In this document: positions 8,007 to 18,879 of the stretch, in pieces
How the letters are laid out: every line of letters begins with the position of its first letter
How positions within the stretch are numbered: position 1 is the first letter of the stretch
NCBI GenBank assembly: GCA_963666205.1
Contig: OY762654.1
Location: 320,001-384,000 of the forward strand
Reading direction: 5' to 3'
Source of the DNA: Synergistales bacterium
Lineage (GTDB): Bacteria; Synergistota; Synergistia; Synergistales; JAFGMB01
DNA: 64,000 bases
Position numbers and translations under genes: made by a program
The notes under the pieces: generated by a model
Database searches by the model: none
Seen by the model: only the letters and a program-made list of their open reading frames with translations
Told to the model about the DNA's origin: nothing

Positions 8007-8933
8007 CCCCTTTAGCGCCATGAACTTCATTATCATTAACTCAAGGGCTATCCAGCCTCTGGAATTATTAGTTTTTTCCCTGTAGTCCAGGGTTATGATA
8101 TCAGCCGAAAATTGAATCACATCCTCAGGACTGTATCTTTTCAAGGCCTCAATGGCCATTTTAAACTGATAGTCTCTAAAACAAAGTGCTTTCTGCACTT
8201 TGTTTGTTCCATATTGCCTAAAGGAAAGTATCAGTGATGCTATTCTAATCCGATTGTATAAAGCAGATAAGACAGGGATAATTTCATATTTCGTTTTAAT
8301 GCACTCCAGTGCACTTATAACTGTACCCACTTTACCTAGACAGATTCCATCCATCAGATCAAGCAATGCATTCTTACCCTCATCAAGGGTAAGTTCTCTT
8401 ACGAGATCTACGGAAACCTCAGCACCATCTGAAGCAAGAGCAAGTTTTTCCATTTCAGAGAGGACTTCTTCTGAATCGGCAACATTATCTATTAGGAGCA
8501 TCACTGCATCTTCATTAATGAGTATGTTGCGATTACGTGCTTCAGATTCCAACCACTCATATCGCTTGTTACGCCAAATGGGTACCTGCTGCGATCGTAT
8601 AATACGAAGGACAGGAATAACGGTTTTGGGAAAATACTTTTTGTAATCACTTGAATACACCAGAAGTAAAAAGGTAGAGGCCATATGGTCCACCTCTACC
8701 AGGTTTGTTAGTTGCTCCGGGAATTTGCCAAGTATTTCTGCTGATTCAACCCGAATGTATCCTCTGCTCGAGAAGAGACCTCGTGTTTGGACAGTAGAAA
8801 AAAGATCTTTCCATTCGCCACCTTCCTGGGTCCTTATGAGTTCAATTCCCTCGGACTCAAGAAGGGATGTGTGTTCAACAAGGAGTCTTCTTTGAGAAGC
8901 CTCCGGAGAACTTATTATCGTGATGCCCGGCAC
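7998..8933 (-). CDS. holA: DNA polymerase III delta subunit (divergent)
   Basis: 311 aa, GLFSSR, SEMEKL, C-terminal D...K...LE motif; position between leuS and rpsT is typical. Confidence 0.75.
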   Translation of the reverse strand: MPGITIISSPEASQRRLLVEHTSLLESEGIELIRTQEGGEWKDLFSTVQTRGLFSSRGYIRVESAEILGKFPEQLTNLVEVDHMASTFLLLVYSSDYKKYFPKTVIPVLRIIRSQQVPIWRNKRYEWLESEARNRNILINEDAVMLLIDNVADSEEVLSEMEKLALASDGAEVSVDLVRELTLDEGKNALLDLMDGICLGKVGTVISALECIKTKYEIIPVLSALYNRIRIASLILSFRQYGTNKVQKALCFRDYQFKMAIEALKRYSPEDVIQFSADIITLDYREKTNNSRGWIALELMIMKFMALKGKK

Positions 8934-11413
8934 TACTCTTTCACCACCACATTCACAAGTCTATCAGGTACCACTATAGTTTTTACTACTGATTTCCCTT
9001 CTATACGAGATGTTATACGTTCGTCAGAAAGGGCGATCTTCTCCTGTTCTTCCTTTGTAATACCGGCAGGAATTTCTATTTTAGCTCTAACCTTTCCATT
9101 CACTTGAACAACAATAGTCCTGGAATCAACAACAAGGGCATTTTCATCCACCACCGGCCATGAGCTGAGAGCAAGGATTGAGGAGTGACCTAGCATTTCC
9201 CACAGTTCTTCGCAGATATGTGGACTGAATGGACTTAAGCACTTAAGAAGGACTTCCACTCCTTCTCTCACTATGATCCAATCTTCCCTGGTGCTGGAAT
9301 TATATGAAGAGAGGGCATTCATAAGTTCCATAAGCCTTGCAACAGCTGTATTAAACTGTTTTTCTACAAGAATATCTCTGGTTACGCTCCTGATAGTATT
9401 ATGAATGATCCTCTTTAGATCCCTGGAGATCTTGCCAGTAAGATCTGACATGGAGATAGTGCCACTGGTCGTTTTAAGATCCTCTATATTTCCGGAGATG
9501 AACCTCCAAACCCTTCCTAGAAAGCGATGTGCACCCTCTACTCCTTGTTCAGACCAGTCAAGATCCTTATCAGGAGGAGAAGCAAAAAGGATAAATAGTC
9601 TAGCGGTATCGGCTCCATATTTGTTGATGATCTCATCGGGATCAACGACATTGCCAAGAGACTTGGACATCTTGGCCCCATCCTTGATCACCATTCCCTG
9701 TGTCAATAGATTAGAGAAGGGCTCACGAGTTTCTGACAACCCAAGATCAGCAAAGAATTTAGTAAAGAACCTGGCGTATATGAGATGGAGACAGGCATGT
9801 TCAATACCCCCGATATATTGATCCACGGGCATCCAGTAATTCGCGTCATTCTTTTCAAATGGTAATTCCCGGCACCAGGGTGAAGTAAAACGGAACTGGT
9901 ACCATGAAGAACATATAAACGTATCCATAGTATCAGCTTCTCTGGTAGCCTGGCCTCCACAAACAGGACATGTAGTATTAAGCCAGGCCTCTGCTTCAGC
10001 TAAAGGAGATGAACCTCCTGCCTTGAACTCAACATCTGTTGGAAGAAGAACAGGAAGATCCTTTTCAGGGATAGGTACAACACCACAACTTTCACAATAA
10101 ACGACAGGAATAGGTGCTCCCCAATACCTCTGTCGAGAGATAAGCCAGTCTCGTAGTCTGAAATTAACTTCTTTAGAACAGAAACCCCTTTCACAACCCC
10201 AGTCTATCATTTTCTCAATGGCTTCCTGAGTTGGTGTCCCATCAAAGGATCCTGAGTTTACAGTATATCCGTTACCTTCAAAGGCACATTGCATAGTATC
10301 ACCTTCAAGCTGCTGTTCAGCAGGTTGAATGACTACCCTGACTGGAATATTGTATTTACGGGCAAATTCAAAATCTCTCTGGTCATGGGCCGGTACTCCC
10401 ATAATAGCCCCTGTCCCGTAATCCATTAGAATATAGTTGGCTATCCAGATAGGCGACCGTTCTCCATTGACAGGATTAATTCCATATGCCCCGGTAAAAA
10501 TGCCTTCTTTCTCACCGCCTACGGCAGTTCTTTCAATTGAACTCTGTTTAATGCATCTTGAGACAAATTCCGAAAGTTCATCTTTCCTGTCTGAAACTTC
10601 CATTATTCTGCTTACTAATGGATGCTCCGGCGCAAGGGCCATGAAGGTCACACCAAAGATTGTGTCAAATCTTGTTGTAAAGGTTTCAAGGTCATAGTCA
10701 AGATCTTCAACTTTGAAGGAGAGCCTTGCACCTTCTGAACGTCCTATCCAGTTACGTTGCATTGTCCTGACACGGTCTGGCCAACCATCCAGATCCTCAA
10801 GACAATCGAGAAGTTCCTGGGCATAGTCAGTAATTCTGAGGAACCATTGCTCAAGGTTCCTCTTTATCACTGAAGTCCCGCATCTCCAGCAATGCCCGTC
10901 ATTTATAACCTGTTCATTGGCAAGAACAGTCTGACAGCTTTCGCACCAGTTGACAGGAGCCTTACTTCTATAGGCAAGGCCTTTCTCTAGGAATTTAAGG
11001 AAGATCCATTGGGTCCACTTATAATAATCCGGGTTGCAAGTCTCTACCCTTCTTCTCCAGTCATAACTGCAGCCCATTCTCTTAAGCTGTTCCGTCATGT
11101 GTTCTATGTTATCCCAGGTCCATTTATGTGGGTGAACTCCATATTTAATGGCAGCATTTTCTGCTGGCATTCCAAAACTGTCAAAACCCATCGGATGAAG
11201 CACATTAAAACCATTCATCCATAAAAATCTGGAAAACATATCCCCTATTGAATAATTACGCAAATGTCCCATGTGAAGGGCTCCACTCGGATAAGGAAAC
11301 ATTTCCAGGCAGTAGAATTTATTCTTTGACTCATCTGTATCTACATGGAAAGTGCCATTTACTTCCCAATAATGCTGCCATTTTTTCTCAATGCTTTGGA
11401 AATCATATTGCAT
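8933..11413 (-). CDS. leuS: Leucine--tRNA ligase
   Basis: [42 protein letters not shown]. Confidence 0.99.
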   Translation of the reverse strand: MQYDFQSIEKKWQHYWEVNGTFHVDTDESKNKFYCLEMFPYPSGALHMGHLRNYSIGDMFSRFLWMNGFNVLHPMGFDSFGMPAENAAIKYGVHPHKWTWDNIEHMTEQLKRMGCSYDWRRRVETCNPDYYKWTQWIFLKFLEKGLAYRSKAPVNWCESCQTVLANEQVINDGHCWRCGTSVIKRNLEQWFLRITDYAQELLDCLEDLDGWPDRVRTMQRNWIGRSEGARLSFKVEDLDYDLETFTTRFDTIFGVTFMALAPEHPLVSRIMEVSDRKDELSEFVSRCIKQSSIERTAVGGEKEGIFTGAYGINPVNGERSPIWIANYILMDYGTGAIMGVPAHDQRDFEFARKYNIPVRVVIQPAEQQLEGDTMQCAFEGNGYTVNSGSFDGTPTQEAIEKMIDWGCERGFCSKEVNFRLRDWLISRQRYWGAPIPVVYCESCGVVPIPEKDLPVLLPTDVEFKAGGSSPLAEAEAWLNTTCPVCGGQATREADTMDTFICSSWYQFRFTSPWCRELPFEKNDANYWMPVDQYIGGIEHACLHLIYARFFTKFFADLGLSETREPFSNLLTQGMVIKDGAKMSKSLGNVVDPDEIINKYGADTARLFILFASPPDKDLDWSEQGVEGAHRFLGRVWRFISGNIEDLKTTSGTISMSDLTGKISRDLKRIIHNTIRSVTRDILVEKQFNTAVARLMELMNALSSYNSSTREDWIIVREGVEVLLKCLSPFSPHICEELWEMLGHSSILALSSWPVVDENALVVDSRTIVVQVNGKVRAKIEIPAGITKEEQEKIALSDERITSRIEGKSVVKTIVVPDRLVNVVVKE

Positions 11414-11460
11414 ATGGTTTTACCCCCCAGCTAAAAATAAGGAAAAAATCACATTGATAG

Positions 11461-11489
11461 ATTATAGCCCTGATGACCCGGACATGCAA
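11461..11489 (-). promoter_or_regulatory. Putative sigma70 promoter of leuS
   Basis: Minus strand TTGCAT-17 nt-TATAAT, directly after the upstream terminator stem. Confidence 0.65.
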
Positions 11490-11515
11490 AAGGGCGGAGA
11501 TCGAATTCCGCCCTT
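11486..11515 (-). terminator. Intrinsic terminator after the SPFH gene
   Basis: AAGGGCGGA-attcgatc-TCCGCCCTT-TTGC on the minus strand. Confidence 0.7.
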
Positions 11516-11546
11516 GGTAATATTACAACATTATAGGGGAAAGAAT

Positions 11547-12341
11547 CTATTCCTGTTTCTGTCTTTTTTCAAGAAGTTTGAGAAATGGAGTAAAAAGATC
11601 CATAGGTATCGGGAAAAGGGTGGTAGAATTTTTATCAGCCGAGACCTCGACAAGGGTCTGTAGATATCTCAGTTGAAGTGTAACTGGAGATACCTCCATT
11701 TTCTGCGCGGCCTGGGTTAGTTTTTCAGCTGCCTGAAGTTCGCCCTGAGCTGCAATTATTTTGGCCCTTCTTTCCCTTTCTGCCTCTGCCTGTCTTGCCA
11801 TTGCTCTTTTCATGCCCTCAGGAAGTTCCAGTTCTTTAACTTCCACTGCACTTACCTTTATGCCCCATGGATCAGTTCTTTCGTCTATGATAACCTGAAG
11901 TTCCTTATTGATCTTATCTCTTTCCGAAAGCACCTCATCCAGTTCCGCCTGTCCAATTACAGAACGCAAGGTTGTCTGAGAAAGCTGACTTGTAGCCATC
12001 ATATAGTTTTCAACCTCTACCACAGAATTTGCCGGATCCATTACTCTAAAATATAGGACAGCATTAACTTTGATAGGCACATTATCCTTGGTAATAACTT
12101 CCTGGACAGGAACGTCCAGGGTCACTACTCTCAGGTCAACTCTCACAATCCTGTCAATTATCGGCACTACTATCACCAATCCGGGACCTTTTGAACCAAC
12201 AAGTTTCCCAAGTCTGAAAACAACAACCCTCTGATATTCAGGTACGATTTTGATAGCTGCAAGGATAAGCAGCACTACAATGATAATCGCACCAAAAGAA
12301 CTGCCTAGACTGAAAATAAGATCAAACAGGGTTCCCATCAT
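11547..12341 (-). CDS. SPFH/stomatin (slipin) family protein
   Basis: EYQRVVVFRLG, GPGL, QEVITKDNV, QTTLRSVIG, AEAERERRAK, LQLRYLQTL. Confidence 0.95.
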   Translation of the reverse strand: MMGTLFDLIFSLGSSFGAIIIVVLLILAAIKIVPEYQRVVVFRLGKLVGSKGPGLVIVVPIIDRIVRVDLRVVTLDVPVQEVITKDNVPIKVNAVLYFRVMDPANSVVEVENYMMATSQLSQTTLRSVIGQAELDEVLSERDKINKELQVIIDERTDPWGIKVSAVEVKELELPEGMKRAMARQAEAERERRAKIIAAQGELQAAEKLTQAAQKMEVSPVTLQLRYLQTLVEVSADKNSTTLFPIPMDLFTPFLKLLEKRQKQE

Positions 12342-13698
12342 TTTTCAGCACCTCCTTTTTTTCTTCCTTTCCATCCAAAGGTTCAACAAGAAGTACAAGT
12401 CCTTCTATTCTGACTACTCTGGTCTGTGTGCCTTTCTTCATGCTTAGATCCCCTTTTATTCTGGCTTTCCATATTTCTCCATGGCAACTTACCATGCCCT
12501 CCGGTTCAAGATCTTCGATTACTTGTGCAAAGCTCCCTACAAGACCTTCTCTACCTGAAGATGCTTTGGTACGCATAGTCCGTAGAATAAGAGTAATAGC
12601 GAGAAGGAAAAAGATGGAAATCGCTATAACAACACCAACGATTACGTTCAAGGAAACATTCAAGAGTTCACCCCCCGGAGCCCTGAAGACTATAAGGGAA
12701 CCAATGATCAGGGCTGCCATCCCGAAAAGACTCAGGATTCCTATACCACCGACAAAGAGATCCAGGACCATAACTGCAATCCCAGCAAGGAGAAGTATTA
12801 TCCCTGCTCCATTCACCGGGAGCATTCTTAGACCATATGCACCTAGCAGAACCATTACTGCTCCTGCTACTCCCATTACAAATCCTCCAGGTGAAAGCAC
12901 TTCAAAGATTATGGCGTAGATACCAACCATTAACATAAGATAAGCTACTGTTGGACTGGATATGAACTGGAGCACTTTTTCTCTTGGTGTCATTTCCACT
13001 CTTTTCAGTTCATAGCCTGCGGTAGAAAGAATCCGCTTTTCCCCCGCGACAAGAATAGATCTACCTTCAACCCTTTTCAGAAGGGTTCCCAAATCAGATT
13101 CAATTATGTCGATCACTCTTGCATCAAAAGCTTCCTCTGCTGTCAGGGATATACTTTCTGTTACCATCTTACTGCATTGTTCACTATCTCTTCCGTGTAA
13201 CTGGGCTAGGGATCTGATCTGAGCAGCCAGATCATTTGTTATCTTTTTATTCATTTCTTCACTTGGGACATCCCCTCCAGAAGCCTGAACAGGATGCGCC
13301 GCACCTATATTAGTACCAGGGGCCATGGCCGCAATAGAAGCAGCCTGAACAATGAATGCCCCGGCTGAAGCAGCCCTGGAGCCCCGTGGCGATACCCATA
13401 CGATTATCGGGATGGGAGAATCCAGTATTAAATTTGTAATACTTCTCATTGAAGTAACAAGACCGCCAGGAGTATCCAACTGGAAAAGTATGAGCGATGC
13501 TTTCTCTTCGATACCCTGCTCAAGTATTTTATTTATATAGTTTTCCATGGATATCCCCACTACCCCGCTCAGTTCAGTAGATAGAACCAGGTGGGTTGCC
13601 CCATCAATCTCTGAGGAAGATACAACCATGGGAGAAAAGTTCATATAAAAGGTTAATACTACTGTAAGCAGGAACATCTTTTGAATGAATCTTTTCAT
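12322..13698 (-). CDS. nfeD: NfeD-family membrane-bound serine protease (long form)
   Basis: LDTPGG, AASAGAFI, MAPGTNIGAAHPV, TM region, C-terminal OB fold (GEIWKA). Confidence 0.93.
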   Translation of the reverse strand: MKRFIQKMFLLTVVLTFYMNFSPMVVSSSEIDGATHLVLSTELSGVVGISMENYINKILEQGIEEKASLILFQLDTPGGLVTSMRSITNLILDSPIPIIVWVSPRGSRAASAGAFIVQAASIAAMAPGTNIGAAHPVQASGGDVPSEEMNKKITNDLAAQIRSLAQLHGRDSEQCSKMVTESISLTAEEAFDARVIDIIESDLGTLLKRVEGRSILVAGEKRILSTAGYELKRVEMTPREKVLQFISSPTVAYLMLMVGIYAIIFEVLSPGGFVMGVAGAVMVLLGAYGLRMLPVNGAGIILLLAGIAVMVLDLFVGGIGILSLFGMAALIIGSLIVFRAPGGELLNVSLNVIVGVVIAISIFFLLAITLILRTMRTKASSGREGLVGSFAQVIEDLEPEGMVSCHGEIWKARIKGDLSMKKGTQTRVVRIEGLVLLVEPLDGKEEKKEVLKNDGNPV

Positions 13699-15029
13699 TT
13701 TCGAAGCACCTCCAAAAAGTCATGAAGGTTACGGACCCTTATTATTTCTATATCATTAATTTCAACGATTTGCTCAAGAGAGCTGACTAATACTTTTTTA
13801 AATCCAAGTCTTTCCGCTTCCTTCACTCGGGGCATAAGTCGTGAGACAGGTCTGATCTCACCTGCCAGGCCTACTTCGCCAATGAAACAGCAATCCGAAG
13901 GGAGAACAATGTCCATGATGGAAGAAGCCAGAGAAGCTACAATTGCAAGATCTGCTCCTGGTTCTCTGATCACCATTCCACCTGTAACATTGCAATAGAT
14001 ATCCTGATTAAAAGAAGAGATTCCGCACCTTTTATCAAGAACTGCTGTAAGAAGATATATTTTACTGAGATCAATACCATAGGATGCTCTTTTAGGATAA
14101 GGAAACGATGTTTTGCATGACAGGCTCTGAATCTCCACTATAAGGGGAACCGAACCCTCCAGAAGCACAGACATGGCAACACCTGAGACACTTGAATCAG
14201 TTTTGTTCCAGTAAAGCCTGCTTGGGTCCTGGACAGGAACAAGACCTCCACCAGACATTTCGAATATGCCCAGTTCATCAGTATTACCAAATCTATTTTT
14301 TACAGCCCTTATCATCCTGTAGGAGGATGTTTTATCTCCCGAAAACCCCAGGACTGTATCTACCATGTGTTCCAGAAGCATAGGCCCCGCTATTCGGCCT
14401 TCCTTTGTTATATGCCCTATAAGCACCATGGGTATGGAATTTGCCTTCGCTGTTTCAACACAAAGCTGGCTCACTGCCCTGACCTGGGTAGGACTTCCAG
14501 GCCAGGAGTTCTCCGCTTCAGATTTTACTGCCTGGACACTGTCAAGGACGATAAGCCCATAATCCAGAACATCTGACAAGAGAGATTCGATAACATTCCC
14601 GCATGAGAGATGAAGATCCTCGTGGATAAGCCCAAGTCTACGGGCTCTCAGCGCGATCTGTGAAGGAGATTCCTCCCCGGACAGGTAAAGGGTTCTTATA
14701 CCGGAAGAAGCCATATGGCCACATACCTGAAGAAGAAGGGTCGATTTACCGATACCAGGTTCTCCTCCTATAAGAACTACTCCACCATTTACAAAACCAC
14801 CTCCCAGAACACGGTCAAGTTCAATTACCCCGGAAGAGGATCTGCCAGGAGATTCGACTTTCATGAGGGAAACAGGGATAGCCTGGTCACTCGTGCTTCC
14901 GGATCTTACAGAACTTTCCTTTTTCAGGAGAGTTCCCCATCCCTGACAGTTGGGACATCTTCCGGTCCAGGCGAAGTTCGTGTAACCACATTCACTACAC
15001 TCAAATACATTTCTTGTTTTGTTTGACAT
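13695..15029 (-). CDS. radA: DNA repair protein RadA/Sms
   Basis: C4 zinc finger, GEPGIGKSTL, KNRFG, Lon-like C-terminus GEVGLAGE. Confidence 0.98.
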   Translation of the reverse strand: MSNKTRNVFECSECGYTNFAWTGRCPNCQGWGTLLKKESSVRSGSTSDQAIPVSLMKVESPGRSSSGVIELDRVLGGGFVNGGVVLIGGEPGIGKSTLLLQVCGHMASSGIRTLYLSGEESPSQIALRARRLGLIHEDLHLSCGNVIESLLSDVLDYGLIVLDSVQAVKSEAENSWPGSPTQVRAVSQLCVETAKANSIPMVLIGHITKEGRIAGPMLLEHMVDTVLGFSGDKTSSYRMIRAVKNRFGNTDELGIFEMSGGGLVPVQDPSRLYWNKTDSSVSGVAMSVLLEGSVPLIVEIQSLSCKTSFPYPKRASYGIDLSKIYLLTAVLDKRCGISSFNQDIYCNVTGGMVIREPGADLAIVASLASSIMDIVLPSDCCFIGEVGLAGEIRPVSRLMPRVKEAERLGFKKVLVSSLEQIVEINDIEIIRVRNLHDFLEVLRK

Positions 15030-15132
15030 TTATCCTCCATGTCAGAGTTGGTTTTTACGTAATAATCAATATCACTACTTAACTCTTTAACTAAACAGAT
15101 TGTAACTTTTTATTTTTTTCTTGTCGAGTACT

Positions 15133-15161
15133 TTACAGGTTTTCATATGAATGTTATTATG
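15133..15161 (+). promoter_or_regulatory. Putative his operon promoter
   Basis: TTTACA-17 nt-TATTAT with TG extension; coordinates approximate to +/-1. Confidence 0.55.
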
Positions 15162-15213
15162 CCTTTCTATGAAAGCGCTACGCTATCGTTTCATTCCGAT
15201 GAAGGAGAAAACA

Positions 15214-16479
15214 ATGATCTATTTAAAAAAACCGAAAACCATCGAACATGACATAAAAGATTATGCCAGGAAGAAAGCTTCAGAAATAATCCAACGGATA
15301 AGAAATGAGGGCGAAAATGCCCTCATGGAAATATCTCATTCCCTTGATGGATATGAGGGAGATCTTAGAGTCAATGAAGAGGATATCCTAACGGCTATGA
15401 ACTGCATGGATGAGGAATTGAGACATTCTATTAATAGAGCCATAGATAACGTCAGGACATTCCACCATAACCAACGATCCCTGTTCAGGGATCAGGAATG
15501 GGAAATTGGTCCGGGTATAAGAGCAGGATTGCGATTTCTCCCTGTTCAGAACGTTGCCGTTTATATCCCAGGGGGAAGATATCCGTTACCCAGTTCCGCG
15601 ATCATGGGAATCATTCCAGCCCAGGAAGCAGGCGTTAAACGGATAGTTGCAGTTACTCCGCCCTCAGGTCAGAATGGTATAAACCCTGTAATACTTGGTA
15701 CAGCTGGACTTCTGGGAATTCGTGAGATATGGAAGATAGGAGGAGCTCAAGCCATTGCTGCTCTGGCCCTGGGTATTGGTGATATAGAAAAAGTCGATAT
15801 GATCGTGGGACCTGGAAATGCATTTGTTACTGAGGCTAAAAGAATCTTGTACGGAGAAATCGGCATAGATGGGCTGGCAGGTCCGAGTGAGATCCTCATA
15901 ATTGCAGATCAATATGCCTCGCCTTCAAGATTAGCTGCGGATCTTATGGCTCAGGCAGAGCATGATCCCATGGCTAAAAGCACTTTAATCTGTTCTGACA
16001 AGGTGATTGCAGAGAATACCTATTTTCTCGTCAATGATCTGATAAAAGAACTCCCTACTGGTGAAATAGCTGGTAGTTCATGGGAGATAAATGGCAGCAT
16101 TATTTATGCTTCTTTGGAAGAAGCAATAGAAACGGCCAACCACATGGCACCCGAACATCTTCAACTCTATGTAAAAGATCCTGGTGCAATGCTGGAACGA
16201 TGTAATGCATACGGAGCAGCATTTCTCGGGGGCTCAACATGTGTCCCATTTGGTGATTATATAGCAGGAACCAATCATACTCTACCTACGGAAGGAAGGG
16301 CAAAGTTCTGCGGAGGACTCTGGACCGGGACCTTTCTCCGTCCCCTGACTCACCTGAAGCTGGATAAAGAAGGTGCATGCAGTCTGGCACCTCAAGGTAT
16401 AAAGATTGCTTCTACAGAAGGACTTTCAGCACATGCAAGGTCCATGAAGCTCAGAGAAAAATGTGGGAACAATGAGTAG
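15214..16479 (+). CDS. hisD: Histidinol dehydrogenase
   Basis: YIPGG, GGAQAIAAL, GPGNAFV, AGPSE, QAEHD, APEHL, GDYIAGTNHTLPT; start chosen at ATG after SD AAGGAG. Confidence 0.95.
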   Translation: MIYLKKPKTIEHDIKDYARKKASEIIQRIRNEGENALMEISHSLDGYEGDLRVNEEDILTAMNCMDEELRHSINRAIDNVRTFHHNQRSLFRDQEWEIGPGIRAGLRFLPVQNVAVYIPGGRYPLPSSAIMGIIPAQEAGVKRIVAVTPPSGQNGINPVILGTAGLLGIREIWKIGGAQAIAALALGIGDIEKVDMIVGPGNAFVTEAKRILYGEIGIDGLAGPSEILIIADQYASPSRLAADLMAQAEHDPMAKSTLICSDKVIAENTYFLVNDLIKELPTGEIAGSSWEINGSIIYASLEEAIETANHMAPEHLQLYVKDPGAMLERCNAYGAAFLGGSTCVPFGDYIAGTNHTLPTEGRAKFCGGLWTGTFLRPLTHLKLDKEGACSLAPQGIKIASTEGLSAHARSMKLREKCGNNE

Positions 16480-17677
16480 ACTTCCAAAGGGATGTACCAA
16501 TGTAGGAGGTAATATTGCCTCAGCGATGGAAAAATGCAGGGAACTCTTTATTTCTTCATTTGGTGCTTTTGGTTATAAACCATTCTGGCCCTCCGCTCTT
16601 CAACTCCTGGAGACAGCCTGGGACAGACTACCTGAAAGTATCAGGACAAGACTTATGACTATATCAACTCCTTTTGGGGAACCCTGTTGTTTAAGAGCTG
16701 ATATCACTCTGGCTGCTGTGGCATATCTTTCAGCCCATCATTCTCCGGAAGAAAGACCCTTAAGGCTATGTTATTCAGACAGAGTTTACAAGACACCTCA
16801 ACGACCAGAAACGTATCTGGAAAGTTTTCAGATAGGAGCTGAATTGCTGGGGTGGGAAGGAGAAGGAGCTGACATAGAGGTTCTAAATCTTCTCCTCAAA
16901 ACCATGGATAAAATGGGCCTTGATGATACACACCTTGTTCTGGGAGATGTTAAGATCGTTCAGAAAGCCATGGAACCAATTCCTTCACAGCTCGCCCAAC
17001 AGTTGATATCCAGCCTTGAAAAAGGCTCATATTCCACATATTTCAAGATATTGGAGAAATCTTCAGTTCCCCAGTCAATACTTCCATTTCTAAAGGCTCT
17101 TCCTGATCTTAAAGGAGATTCTCAGGTTCTAGCAAGAACTGAGATTCTTTTAGGGTCGAATGACTGTTTAAAGTCTCTTAAAGAAATTGAGAAAGCCATG
17201 AGATATCTTGGATATGGTAATAGAATCCGATTTGACCTGGCCCTTGCCAGAGAACTTAATTATTATAGCGGACCAATATTTGACATCTATTCTTCCAGAT
17301 TGGGAAAACCTCTTGGTGGAGGTGGTCGTTACGATGGCCTCCTTTTTAAATACGGTATTTTTGGACAGGCCATAGGATTTGCGCTGGATCTCGAATCTAC
17401 TGCTTCAATCTCCAGATTCAAAGGATCGAGCCCTAATACTATTATGGTCTGGCCTGGAGGGTTATCTCCAGCCGAAGCGATAATCAAAGCTGAATCCCTC
17501 ATTGACAGTAATATTCATGTTGAAATCAGTTGGTCAGCTGATAGGAAAGAATCCTTTCAACTCACAAGGATGAGAGATATTACCTGGTGGATAGATCTTT
17601 TAAATGATATAGCTATAAATACAAGCAATAATGAGGAGTATTCCATACAAACCTGGATCGAGGAATCTAAATGTTAA
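16472..17677 (+). CDS. hisZ: ATP phosphoribosyltransferase regulatory subunit
   Basis: HisRS-like (LRADIT, QIGAEL, YYSGPIF, GGGGRYDGL); precedes short hisG. Confidence 0.93.
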   Translation: MSRLPKGCTNVGGNIASAMEKCRELFISSFGAFGYKPFWPSALQLLETAWDRLPESIRTRLMTISTPFGEPCCLRADITLAAVAYLSAHHSPEERPLRLCYSDRVYKTPQRPETYLESFQIGAELLGWEGEGADIEVLNLLLKTMDKMGLDDTHLVLGDVKIVQKAMEPIPSQLAQQLISSLEKGSYSTYFKILEKSSVPQSILPFLKALPDLKGDSQVLARTEILLGSNDCLKSLKEIEKAMRYLGYGNRIRFDLALARELNYYSGPIFDIYSSRLGKPLGGGGRYDGLLFKYGIFGQAIGFALDLESTASISRFKGSSPNTIMVWPGGLSPAEAIIKAESLIDSNIHVEISWSADRKESFQLTRMRDITWWIDLLNDIAINTSNNEEYSIQTWIEESKC

Positions 17678-18303
17678 CCGTGGCATTACCTACTGGAAGA
17701 GTAATGAATGAAGTTATAGAACTTCTGGATTCTATTGGACTTCCCACTGCAAAACTCAAAGATAGAGGGAGAAAACTTGTTCTTGAAGATCGGATTTACC
17801 GTTATATTCTTGCAAAACCTATGGATGTTCCTCTTTATGTTAATCACGGAGTTGCAGACCTGGCCCTTGTCGGAAGTGATGTAATGTGGGAAGCAGGTGC
17901 GTCACTCATTGAACTGTTAGATACTGGAATGGGTAAGTGCAGGATAGTCATTGCGGGTCCCAAGGAACTTGAATCTAGATTCATAGGACATGAATCAGAA
18001 TTGATGTGGCTTAAAGTCGCAACAAAATATCCGAATATAGCAGATTCACATTTTTCATCCAGGGGAGTCCAGGTAGAGATCATCCACCTTCATGGTTCAA
18101 TTGAACTTGCCCCAAGACTCGGACTTGGCGATTGCATCATGGATATAGTCCAGACTGGGAACACTCTGAACGCTAATAATCTGAAAGTGCTTGCAAATGT
18201 TGCACCAGTTTCTTTACGTCTCGTAGCCAGCCGAAAAAGCTCTGAATTCCACTGGGACGAGATATCGGATATCGTTAACAGAATCAGATCAATTGGAAGG
18301 TAG
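17671..18303 (+). CDS. hisG: ATP phosphoribosyltransferase, short form
   Basis: ALPTGR, DVPLYV, VATKYPN, GSIELAP, DIVQTGNTL. Confidence 0.97.
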   Translation: MLTVALPTGRVMNEVIELLDSIGLPTAKLKDRGRKLVLEDRIYRYILAKPMDVPLYVNHGVADLALVGSDVMWEAGASLIELLDTGMGKCRIVIAGPKELESRFIGHESELMWLKVATKYPNIADSHFSSRGVQVEIIHLHGSIELAPRLGLGDCIMDIVQTGNTLNANNLKVLANVAPVSLRLVASRKSSEFHWDEISDIVNRIRSIGR

Positions 18304-18312
18304 GTCTCAATC

Positions 18313-18879
18313 ATGACCATTGTTGTCGAAAGAGAAACCAAAGAAACAAGAATAAAGGTAAAACTCAATAAAGGAACAGAAAGATCGGACATTGAAGTTC
18401 CCTGCGGTTTCATAGCGCATATGCTGGATCTTTTCTCATTTCATGCGGGAATTTCACTTACAGTTGAAGGTAAGGGAGATATTCAAGTCGATTATCACCA
18501 TCTGGTTGAAGATCTCGGGATTGTAATTGGTCAATCTTTTCTCCAGCTATTTCGATCCGAAAACAATTCAAGGTATGGATGGAGTGTTATTCCTATGGAT
18601 GGAAGCCTGGTCATGACGTCCATTGATATAAGCGGAAGAGGGAAACTGGTCTGGAAGGTCAATTTCCCCACGCAAAGTTGTGGAGATTTCGATCTTGAGC
18701 TTATCCATGAATTCTGGGAAAGTTTCACTAGGGAATCCAGGGTTACTCTTCACGTTCAGGAGATCACTTCCGATAATTCTCATCATCTTGCAGAAGCTGT
18801 ATTTAAAAGTATCGGGAGAACACTCAAACAGGCTATCAGCTTATCTGAAACAACACAAAGTACAAAAGGTATGATCTAA
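18313..18879 (+). CDS. hisB: Imidazoleglycerol-phosphate dehydratase (monofunctional)
   Basis: RETKET, DYHHLVED, PMD, NSHHLAEAVFK, STKG. Confidence 0.96.
   Translation: MTIVVERETKETRIKVKLNKGTERSDIEVPCGFIAHMLDLFSFHAGISLTVEGKGDIQVDYHHLVEDLGIVIGQSFLQLFRSENNSRYGWSVIPMDGSLVMTSIDISGRGKLVWKVNFPTQSCGDFDLELIHEFWESFTRESRVTLHVQEITSDNSHHLAEAVFKSIGRTLKQAISLSETTQSTKGMI

Noticed and set aside
11414-11546. T-box riboswitch upstream of leuS
   Set aside because: The leader is too short and lacks the T-box consensus; the hairpin lies upstream of the predicted promoter and fits the SPFH terminator.
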